Assembly (NCBI GenBank): GCA_963781585.1
Contig: CAWAGQ010000007.1
Location: forward strand, 32,001 to 96,000
Length of the DNA stretch: 64,000 nucleotides
Direction: 5' to 3'
From: an uncultured Gemmatimonadaceae bacterium
Lineage (GTDB): Bacteria; Gemmatimonadota; Gemmatimonadetes; Gemmatimonadales; Gemmatimonadaceae
The notes below the pieces were generated by a model, which worked only from the letters and a program-made list of their open reading frames with translations, was not told where the DNA came from and did no database searches. Positions 38,236 through 46,336 of the stretch are shown piece after piece (within the stretch, counting starts at the first letter, position 1; each line of letters starts with the position of its first letter). Both the position numbers and the translations under genes were made by a program.

Positions 38236-39451
38236 GGTAAAACGCATTCAGGACAGAGTCGAGAACCACCCAGCCCTTGGACGTCGGGTGCTGAAAGGGA
38301 TCCTTGAGCAGCGACGGCTCATACTCCCGTTCCTCGAACGTCAGGCACTCGATCGCGTATGACGCGGCGACTGCACGCAACCGTTCGTGATATTGCTGCC
38401 TGGCCGATGCGGATATACCCCAATAGTCCATGAACGCACCCGGGAAAGGGATACTGAGCACCAACGTGCGCGCACCGAATGTGTGAAGGAGTCGGAACAG
38501 CAGATCCAGGTCCTCCCACCGAGGCTCGGTGCGCAAGGACCTGAGAAACTCCTCGTCCGATCGGACTCCCTTGAGGTTCCGGTATTCGCCCGACTGCTCG
38601 CTGAAGCGGTCCGGGAGAAACCCGAAAGCATGGTCCGGGACGCTGCGCGCATATCCTGCTTCGGCATCGCGCTTCAGGGCGTCCCAGTCCAGACGCGCGG
38701 GGTGCCGCCGTACCGGCGTACGATACTCGGGGTGCGTCCACAACAAGGCGAGCACGTTGGCCTGGTCGCCCGCTTCGAGGGCGACGTTCTGGAGGCGCCC
38801 TAGCAACTGAAGCGCGGGGTTCAGGAACCAGCGCCGCCAGTCACCGGCTGCCAGCCCTTCGAGCGTGACCCGAAGGAATGCGTCGCGTTCCAGAACCTCG
38901 GGAAACGCGAGAAGGCGGCGCGCCAGTTGCTGCTTGAACCGGGCATCCAGCCCGGGGTTGAACACCGCCTCTCCCGTCTGGAGCCGGGAGAAGTTCGCGA
39001 TGTAGCCTGTGCGACTCATCGGCATGGCAGTGAACATCAGCGGGGTGAGGATCACCACCACCCTGCGGTTCCGGAGTCCCTCGCCGACCGATGCCAACTC
39101 CGCAAGGGTCTCGAGGGTTTCTGTGGCCCGCGATCCCACCTGGAAGACCGCGAAGCCGGTCGGGAAACGCGCGAAGAACTCGGGGGCCCGATAGTCGCTT
39201 TCGCGGACCAGCTCCGAACTCCCGTACACCGGGAGCAATGCCGAATCTTCGAAGGCGGCACGCTGGAGCTCGACCCCATACGTCTTCCGGGTCAGCGTGA
39301 GCGGCGCGATCCGCTCGATGTGGGCCAGGGACTGGCGGCGGGAGACGACTCCCAGGCCTGCCACGATCGCGACCCAAAGGACCGCCGCAACGAGCGCGGC
39401 CGTCAGGTGCGGAAGCGCTCCCGGTCGCGGGGAGGCGTCCCGCGACATCAC
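38219..39451 (-). CDS. dltD: D-alanyl transferase DltD (SGNH-like, N-terminal anchor)
   Basis: N-terminal TM helix, LLPVYGSSEL, C-terminal KDPFQH...KGW; lies between dltC and dltX. Confidence 0.88.
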   Translation of the reverse strand: MMSRDASPRPGALPHLTAALVAAVLWVAIVAGLGVVSRRQSLAHIERIAPLTLTRKTYGVELQRAAFEDSALLPVYGSSELVRESDYRAPEFFARFPTGFAVFQVGSRATETLETLAELASVGEGLRNRRVVVILTPLMFTAMPMSRTGYIANFSRLQTGEAVFNPGLDARFKQQLARRLLAFPEVLERDAFLRVTLEGLAAGDWRRWFLNPALQLLGRLQNVALEAGDQANVLALLWTHPEYRTPVRRHPARLDWDALKRDAEAGYARSVPDHAFGFLPDRFSEQSGEYRNLKGVRSDEEFLRSLRTEPRWEDLDLLFRLLHTFGARTLVLSIPFPGAFMDYWGISASARQQYHERLRAVAASYAIECLTFEEREYEPSLLKDPFQHPTSKGWVVLDSVLNAFYHDSLR

Positions 39452-39729
39452 GAATCAGGGCCGCGGCCGGATGCCTGCGCAGCGTCGCGCAGATTCACGC
39501 GCCGTTCCACGTCCTCGATGATCGCGAGCGGTGTTGCCCACGCTTCGCGATCGAACTCCGCCGGAGAAATCTCGATATCGAAGACCTCGCACACCCTAAC
39601 GACGAGGTCGACGGTTTGAAGGGAGTCGACCACGTGCGTGGCGAACAATCTGAGATGCGGATCGCGGCGAACCTCGTCAGTCTCTGCGACGTCGGCCAGG
39701 ATGTCCAACACCTGCTCAGCAAGCGTCAT
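39448..39729 (-). CDS. dltC: D-alanyl carrier protein DltC
   Basis: QVLDILADV...LF...VDSLQTVDL (phosphopantetheine Ser)...EFDREAWATP, the DltC-specific pattern. Confidence 0.92.
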   Translation of the reverse strand: MTLAEQVLDILADVAETDEVRRDPHLRLFATHVVDSLQTVDLVVRVCEVFDIEISPAEFDREAWATPLAIIEDVERRVNLRDAAQASGRGPDS

Positions 39730-40172
39730 GCGCGTCCGTTCCGTGATGCCAAAGGCTGGGCGTTATCGACTGCCTCATCAAGACACCGTCTTGATGATAG
39801 GATCCGCCCGCCGGGCCGAACGTTCTAGCGGCCCCTTCAATACTAGCGCCGCGCTGCTTTGCGAGGTAGGTCGAGAGATGGAAGGGCCATGGGTCAAAGT
39901 GACGGATTCGGCAAGACGGCCGGCGTCCACCACGTGTCCGGCGAGCTGCGCCATCGTTGCAAGGTGTTCACCAGACTCAGGATGGCCGTCGCCGCGCCGA
40001 CGGCGTCCGCGAGTCACGCCGCCCATCCCGAAGCCGGGTCTCAAGTGGAACGCTCCAGTCCAGCGGGCAATTGACAACGGGAGTAGAATACTCGCTCGCC
40101 ATCCACCTGCGCTCCCGGGCACTCCGACGGGAGGATCCCCTCCCCAGTCGGTCACCATCAGGCCAGGCCACG

Positions 40173-40661
40173 ATGCTCCGTACTCGCTACCCTCCTTTCG
40201 CTGTCATCCTCGCGATCCTCGCAGCCTGCAGCGGCAGCAAGTCCGGCGGCCCAACCGGAAACCAGGGCGGCGGCGGTACATTCACGGCGTCGATCGACAA
40301 CGTGGCCTTCAGCGCGTCATCCGTCGTCGCGTCATACGCCAGCAACGCGTTCACGATCAGCGGCTCGCAGGTCATAGCCGGAGTCACACGATCGATCACC
40401 ATTTCGGTGCCGAATGCGCCGGTCGCCGGCGTGTATGGACTCACGATCGCCGGGGCGTCGGCGACTTACACCGAGACTACGGGCGGTGTGACAGCCACCT
40501 GGTCGTGCCACATCACGCAGGGCAGTGGACAGGTCATCTTCACGGCGCTCTCGTCGTCGCGCATGCTCGCCACTTTCAATTTCCAGGCGCCCGCGGACGC
40601 GGGCGGCGGCGGGACGGGCACGAAAGTGGCGACCAGCGGTCACATCGACGTGAGGCCATAG
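40173..40661 (+). CDS. Hypothetical beta-rich lipoprotein
   Basis: Lipobox (ILAA-C), Gly linker, FTASIDN...TFNFQA...G.IDV. Confidence 0.75.
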   Translation: MLRTRYPPFAVILAILAACSGSKSGGPTGNQGGGGTFTASIDNVAFSASSVVASYASNAFTISGSQVIAGVTRSITISVPNAPVAGVYGLTIAGASATYTETTGGVTATWSCHITQGSGQVIFTALSSSRMLATFNFQAPADAGGGGTGTKVATSGHIDVRP

Positions 40662-40748
40662 CGCCTGGCGCTGGACAACGTCCCTGGTGCAGCCTCCCGG
40701 CGTCGCGAGCCGGGCCACGGGTCGCCAGAGTCCGTCCCGCGGATCGGG

Positions 40749-42011
40749 CTAGCTGCCGGCCGGGTTGGTCGGCGGTGGCGCGTACCGCCAACCGGTGGCC
40801 CGCTGATACGCCCGGGCGAGCGCCAGCACCTGGTCGTCGCCACCCCGCGGACCGACGAACTGCACGCCTAACGGGAGACCGTTCGGGTCGACGCCACCCG
40901 GGATGCTGATGGCGGGCAGACCGAAGTAGTTGCAGAAGAAGGTGTTGTCGGCGGACACCGCCATCGCGCCCCGGGCACGCGCGTCGTCCACCGTGGGCGC
41001 CGGCGCGGTGAGGGTCGGCAGCATGATCGCGTCCACGTCACCGAACAACGACGCATTGATCGCCGCACGATCGCGCTCGATGTTGCTCAAATCGAACGAT
41101 GCGTCTTCGAAGGGGACGCTGAGCCCGCTCGTGGCAATTCTCAGCACCGCAAGATTTGCGGTAACCGCCGCGAAGGCGGCCTTCACTTGGTCGGTTGCCA
41201 CGAAATTCGAGACGATGCCGACGCGACGAACAGATGGGGGCTCCCCTGAAGACTCGTGGCGACGCACCGGACGGACTGATGCAGCGTCCGTGAGCGCATC
41301 GAATGCGAGTGCGACGTCGTCGGCGCTGCGCGCCGTCACGCACGGGTGGCTGAGCAACAGGATCGCCGGGTCCGCCTGTTCGCCGGCGAGAATCCCCGAT
41401 GTGCTCACGAGACCGAACGACGGCTTCAGGCACGAGACACCACAAATGGCGGCCGGGAGTCGTCCGGAGCCGACCGCATCCGTGTCCACGGTTGCGAAAC
41501 AGAGACCGGCCGCGACTGCCGCGGCCGATCCACCAGACGAACCGCCGGCCACGTGCCTCGCGCTCCACGGATTGACGACCGGCCCGAAATGGCTCTCCAG
41601 AGACGTCGTCCCCATGCCGAGCCTGTGCATGTTCGTCTTCCCAACCAGCACGGCGCCCGCTTCTCGAAGCTGCACGATGATTTCCGCGTCCTGAGTCGGC
41701 ACCCGATTCTCGAAATGCTCGAATCCAGCGGTGGTGCGAATACCCGCGGTGTCGTAGAAATCCTTGACGGCAACCGGCACGCCGTGCAGCGGGCCTCGCC
41801 AGTGTCCGCTTCGAATGTCGGCCTCTGCGCGGCGTGCCTGTTCGCGCGCCAGGTCGACGGTTATGGTGATGAAGGCATTGAGGATTGGATTGAGCGTCGC
41901 GATGCGCGCCAGACTATGCGCCACCAGAACGACAGGTGACAAGCTGCCATCCCGCAGCCGCGCACTGATGTCGACGATGGATGCGAACGAAAGGTCCAAT
42001 TCCTCCGCCAT
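40749..42011 (-). CDS. Amidase signature family protein
   Basis: LHGVPVAVKD, GKTNM, GGSSGGSAAAVAAG, GSGRLPAA, GLPLGVQ; GGAGG RBS. Confidence 0.9.
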   Translation of the reverse strand: MAEELDLSFASIVDISARLRDGSLSPVVLVAHSLARIATLNPILNAFITITVDLAREQARRAEADIRSGHWRGPLHGVPVAVKDFYDTAGIRTTAGFEHFENRVPTQDAEIIVQLREAGAVLVGKTNMHRLGMGTTSLESHFGPVVNPWSARHVAGGSSGGSAAAVAAGLCFATVDTDAVGSGRLPAAICGVSCLKPSFGLVSTSGILAGEQADPAILLLSHPCVTARSADDVALAFDALTDAASVRPVRRHESSGEPPSVRRVGIVSNFVATDQVKAAFAAVTANLAVLRIATSGLSVPFEDASFDLSNIERDRAAINASLFGDVDAIMLPTLTAPAPTVDDARARGAMAVSADNTFFCNYFGLPAISIPGGVDPNGLPLGVQFVGPRGGDDQVLALARAYQRATGWRYAPPPTNPAGS

Positions 42012-42053
42012 GCATTTCCTCCTTCGGCGACGCCAGCAACGGCTCGCCCGCAC

Positions 42054-42803
42054 TCAGCGAAAAACGAACAGATCGATGGGCTCGGTAACCACGCGGTCAT
42101 CATCCTCGGTCGCGCGACGGCGCAGCGCGGCCAGGCCGTCCTCCAGATCCTGTCGGCGCAGTCGGGCGAGGACCGAATCCCCGCCCGCGGCGAGTTTCTC
42201 CGCGTAGGCCGCCCAACCCGGCGCGATGGTCTGCGTGATGAGTTTCGACGCCACCAGGTGAAATCCGGCGGCCTCGAAGGCCTCCCGTATGATGGCACTG
42301 TCCGGCAGAGTCTCCTCGAGCATAGGCACGCTGGCGGGAAAGAACGGCACATACGGGTACGTCCTGCTCCGCTCGCAGATTGCCGTTCGTACAAGCGCGG
42401 GTCCCGCCTCACGCAGCACCCGTCTGCACTCCTCTGTCGCGCGGTGCGGGTCGCTGAAGTGGTGAAAGCTCATCGACATGAAGATCATGTCGACCGACCG
42501 CGGCGCGAGAGGAATGGCTTCCGCGTGTGCGCGCTGGTAGTGAACGCGATCGGTGCGACGCTTGGCGCGGGCGAGCGCCAGCATCTTCGCTGAGGGGTCA
42601 ATGCCGATGACGTCGGCGTCGAATCGGAGCGCGAGCGCCTCGGAGAACCGGCCGGTACCGCAGCCCACGTCGAGTATCCGCGTGATCGCCCGACCATCGA
42701 GACAAGATTCGATGGTCTTCATCCAGAGGTCGAGGAACTCGGGCCCGTGGTCCCGGCCCCGATCGTAGCCCGCCGGAATGTCGGTCAGGTCGTAGTCCGT
42801 CAT
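42054..42803 (-). CDS. Class I SAM-dependent methyltransferase
   Basis: ILDVGCGTG, GIDPSAKML, FHHF..ECRRVLR. Confidence 0.9.
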   Translation of the reverse strand: MTDYDLTDIPAGYDRGRDHGPEFLDLWMKTIESCLDGRAITRILDVGCGTGRFSEALALRFDADVIGIDPSAKMLALARAKRRTDRVHYQRAHAEAIPLAPRSVDMIFMSMSFHHFSDPHRATEECRRVLREAGPALVRTAICERSRTYPYVPFFPASVPMLEETLPDSAIIREAFEAAGFHLVASKLITQTIAPGWAAYAEKLAAGGDSVLARLRRQDLEDGLAALRRRATEDDDRVVTEPIDLFVFR

Positions 42804-42845
42804 TTCGGTTCGGGACGGATCGCAACGGCGGAGAGGCGGCAGGGG

Positions 42846-44267
42846 CTAGGCACGCGAAGGCATTGGGGCCAGATCCGTCGCGGCCACGGGAGCGACCGGA
42901 AGCGTCACGCGGAACTCCGTGCGGCCCGGCCGCGTCTCGACCGCGATCTGGCCGCCATGGGCCACTACGATACGGCGCACCAGGTCCAGCCCGAGCCCCG
43001 TTCCCTGACCTTGCGGCTTCGTGGTGAAGAACGGATCGAACATGCGAGGTTCCACCTCCCGCGGAATGCCCGGTCCATTGTCGATGACCCGAACCACGAT
43101 CTCATCGCGATCCCGGGTGGCCCGCACCTGTATCTCTCCCGACTCCCCCACCGCGTCGATGGCGTTGTCGAGCAGGTTCGACCAGACCTGGTTCAACTCG
43201 TCCCCCGCCATCACCAGAGGGAGCTCGGCGGGAACATCGAGTCGGACGGCGACGGACTTTGTCCGCGCCTTCACCGACAGTACGGTCAGTGTGTCGGCCA
43301 ACCCTTGCGCGATATCCATCGGCGTGGGGGACGCCGCGCGCCCCAGATTGGAGAAGCCCTTGACCGCTGATACGAGATCGTGAATCCGCACCGTGGCGCG
43401 CTCGACATCAGTGGCGAGCGACACCACAGCGTAGTCGGCCGCGATGCTGTGCAGAATGCGTTCGAGTGCCGCGCCACTCGCTGCCGCGGCCAGGCGGTCC
43501 AGCCCCTCGGTCGTGAGGGCACTGTCGGAGAGCACGTCGGCCAACGCTGGATCGACGCGATGGTCCTCGAGCCACCGGGTGATGCCTTCCTCACGGTCCG
43601 CTCGTTCAATGGCGGAATACACACCGGTGTGGGACGGCATCAGATTCTGCGCACTGAGTTCCCCCGCGGCGGCACGCTGATCGGCGGTGAGGTTTGCCGC
43701 GCCAAGCGCCGCGGCCGCGGCACTCGCCTCCTGCAATGCCTGACGAAGCAATTTTGCGCTTCGGACCGCCGCCGACGCGGGGTTGTTCAGCTCATGTGCC
43801 AGCCCGGCCGCCAGGCGAGCCAGCGACTGCAGTCTGTCATCCTCCACCGTGGTCGAGGACAAGACGCGGCTGCGGTCGATCATGAGGTGCACCAGCCGCT
43901 CAACCACGGTCGGGCACTCCCGGATCAGCTCCGGAAACATGTCCCGGTGCACGGCCAGGAGCTCTGTCTCCTCCTCCACTCGCCAGTCACCCAGCGAACT
44001 GACGACGCGGGAAAACGGAAGCAGCGCGGAAATGTCTCCGCCGCGCGTTTCGAGCGTAAAGCGCCTTCCGCTGCCGCGGTCCACTGTCGAGACGACCCGG
44101 CCGGTGAGCTGAATGATCATCTGATCGACGGGCTCGTTCTTCCTCGCCCCATATTCGCCAACCTGGTAACGGCGGACGGCACCGTGCGTCGCCAGCCACT
44201 CCAGTTCGCTGCGCGGGGCCCCAGCCAGAACCCTGTGTGCCGCCAATCGATCGACGATGTCCGACAC
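42846..44267 (-). CDS. Cytoplasmic histidine kinase with N-terminal cNMP-binding-like domain
   Basis: H-box LAHELNNPA, N-box NLLDNAIDA, DNGPGI, FDPFFTTK, GTGLGL; no TM helix. Confidence 0.92.
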   Translation of the reverse strand: MSDIVDRLAAHRVLAGAPRSELEWLATHGAVRRYQVGEYGARKNEPVDQMIIQLTGRVVSTVDRGSGRRFTLETRGGDISALLPFSRVVSSLGDWRVEEETELLAVHRDMFPELIRECPTVVERLVHLMIDRSRVLSSTTVEDDRLQSLARLAAGLAHELNNPASAAVRSAKLLRQALQEASAAAAALGAANLTADQRAAAGELSAQNLMPSHTGVYSAIERADREEGITRWLEDHRVDPALADVLSDSALTTEGLDRLAAAASGAALERILHSIAADYAVVSLATDVERATVRIHDLVSAVKGFSNLGRAASPTPMDIAQGLADTLTVLSVKARTKSVAVRLDVPAELPLVMAGDELNQVWSNLLDNAIDAVGESGEIQVRATRDRDEIVVRVIDNGPGIPREVEPRMFDPFFTTKPQGQGTGLGLDLVRRIVVAHGGQIAVETRPGRTEFRVTLPVAPVAATDLAPMPSRA

Positions 44268-44326
44268 CGGTCTCCTCCGGAAATTCCATCCAGGTACCGC
44301 GTCGCCACCTCTCCGGGTACCCCAGC

Positions 44327-44740
44327 CTACCAGCTCGCGCTCGATCCGTCTCCCGCCTCCGCGTCGTCCGGAGGGCTGAGTAGCCGCACCTGGTCCGGCG
44401 ACCGCAGGATGATCTCCGGTTTCCCCTGATAGATCTGAACTTTGCCGCGCACGTCAATGGTCCTGCCTTCCCACTGGTGCGGCGACGTGAAGCGCGCGGA
44501 ATCGCGAACGAAGATCACCGCGTTGAACGTGTGGTTGGGAAAGGGATTGTCGAAGTTGACGAAGATGGTCCCCGCGCGTGAGGTCGACACCTGAGCGACC
44601 CGCCCGCGGACGATGACCTCGCGGCCGTCGTACCGCGCGGCTGCCGACGGCGCTATGACCGGCAGGCTGTCACCCTGGCCACGCGCGAGGCGCGGGGCGA
44701 GCACGACCGAGGCCAGCAGGAGCAGTTTCACGGGCGGCAT
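44327..44740 (-). CDS. Secreted OB-fold protein
   Basis: Signal peptide; V.G.V..V....GTIFVNF..PFPN.TF.AVIF...G.V..Y.GKPEII..SP.Q. Confidence 0.8.
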   Translation of the reverse strand: MPPVKLLLLASVVLAPRLARGQGDSLPVIAPSAAARYDGREVIVRGRVAQVSTSRAGTIFVNFDNPFPNHTFNAVIFVRDSARFTSPHQWEGRTIDVRGKVQIYQGKPEIILRSPDQVRLLSPPDDAEAGDGSSASW

Positions 44741-44905
44741 GCGAAAACCATGTGTGAGCCGCCGGGTCCCCGCAAGCCTGCGCCGACACCGACGCCGCCT
44801 GACCCCGTGGAGTCGTCGCCGCCGAAGCCCACTTCGGCAGCTCCCTCTGGACAGCGGCCGCCCCGCGAGGAATCCCTTCTCATGACCAAGCCACTCGGAC
44901 CCGCC

Positions 44906-46198
44906 ATGACCAGTCGCAGAACGTTCCTGTCCTCGGCGCTCAACGCCGCCGTCGTCCTTCCGGTGCTGAACGCCCGCGCCTTCCGGCATCTGGAACGCGC
45001 CGGAGAACTCGCCGGCACGCGGCCCCCGCTCGGACTCGCCGATGACGAGGCGTACTGGGGAGAAATCCAGCGCGCCTTCGATCTCGACGACACCGTCATC
45101 AACCTCAATAACGGCGGCTGCAGTCCGGCGCCCACGCACGTCCTGGAGCAGATGATCCGGGACATCCGGTTCTCCAACGTCGTCCCGGTGGAGCACATGT
45201 GGCGCGTGCTCGAGCCTCGGGTGGAGAGCGTGCGACTGGATCTGGCCCGCGAGTTCGGCTGCGACCCGGAGGAGATGGCGATCACCCGCAACGCCAGCGA
45301 AGCCAACGAGAACGTCATCTTCGGCATCGACCTGGAGGCGGGCGACGAAATCATCGCCACCACGCAGAACTATCCGCGCATGGTGAACGCCTGGATGCAG
45401 CGCGGTCGCCGCGACCGCATCGTCTTCAGGCAGATCAAGCTGCCCACCCCGCCTCCATCGGACGACGAGGTGGTGGCGGCGTTCGAGGCGGCGATCACGC
45501 CGCGCACGAAGATGATCGAGGTGATGCACGTGAGCTGGCAGACCGGGTACGTCGCCCCGGTGCGCCGGATCGTGGATATGGCGCGGCGCCACAACGTGGA
45601 GGTGCTGGTGGACGGGGCACATGCGTTCGCCCATTTCCCGTTCACCCGCGACGAGCTCGGGTGCGACTACTACGGCACCAGCCTCCACAAGTGGTGCCTG
45701 GCGCCGATCGGGACCGGCTTTCTCTACGTCCGCCGCGAGAAGATCCCGCATATCTGGTCGATGTTCGCCGGTTCGCCTGACGAGGACGGGAATATCAGGA
45801 AGTACGAGGAGATCGGGACGCACCCGGCCGCGAACCACAACGCCATCTCGGTAGCGCTCGCGTTTCACCGGAGCATCGGCCCCGAACGCAAGATCGCGCG
45901 GCTGCGGTTTCTGCGGGACCGCTGGGCGAAGCGCCTCATTGCCGCCAGCGACCGGGTCCACATGATCACGCCGATCGGGCCGGACAAGAGCGGCGCGATC
46001 GGCGTGGTCGCCATCGACGGAATGGACTTCGGGAAGCTCGGCGGGTGGCTGGCTGCGCGGCACCACATCGTCAGCACGCCGATGGTGACTCCCGAGTTCC
46101 AGGGGTTGCGCGTCACGCCGAACGTCTATACCACGCTCGATGAGATCGATTACTTCGCGGATCGGATGATCGAGGCGGTCACCAGGGGTATCGCGTGA
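44906..46198 (+). CDS. Tat-exported class V PLP-dependent enzyme (isopenicillin-N epimerase/cysteine desulfurase-like)
   Basis: SRRTFL Tat motif, NLNNGG, VDGAH, SLHKW (PLP Lys). Confidence 0.88.
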   Translation: MTSRRTFLSSALNAAVVLPVLNARAFRHLERAGELAGTRPPLGLADDEAYWGEIQRAFDLDDTVINLNNGGCSPAPTHVLEQMIRDIRFSNVVPVEHMWRVLEPRVESVRLDLAREFGCDPEEMAITRNASEANENVIFGIDLEAGDEIIATTQNYPRMVNAWMQRGRRDRIVFRQIKLPTPPPSDDEVVAAFEAAITPRTKMIEVMHVSWQTGYVAPVRRIVDMARRHNVEVLVDGAHAFAHFPFTRDELGCDYYGTSLHKWCLAPIGTGFLYVRREKIPHIWSMFAGSPDEDGNIRKYEEIGTHPAANHNAISVALAFHRSIGPERKIARLRFLRDRWAKRLIAASDRVHMITPIGPDKSGAIGVVAIDGMDFGKLGGWLAARHHIVSTPMVTPEFQGLRVTPNVYTTLDEIDYFADRMIEAVTRGIA

Positions 46199-46336
46199 CC
46201 CGTGGCGCGCCTAACGCGGAAGCGACCACCAGGCCACCGCGCCGCGAGGGGGCGTGCACGCGCCGGTCACCGCCAGGACCAGCACGGTCAGAAACCCGCT
46301 CATCGTTCGCGACATGCTACCTCCGGAGGAGGGCGA

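Noticed and set aside
36638..39729. NRPS or secondary-metabolite cluster (A domain plus carrier protein)
   Set aside because: No condensation or thioesterase domain; the partners match DltB, DltD and DltX.
39778..40158. 126-aa ORF upstream of dltC, and TTGACA/TAGAAT at 40071-40089
   Set aside because: The ORF has no recognisable features, and the two boxes are far too close for a sigma70 promoter.
44741..46066. N-terminal 440 codons of the 579-aa ORF
   Set aside because: Antisense to the PLP enzyme; the real OB-fold gene starts at 44740 with a signal peptide.
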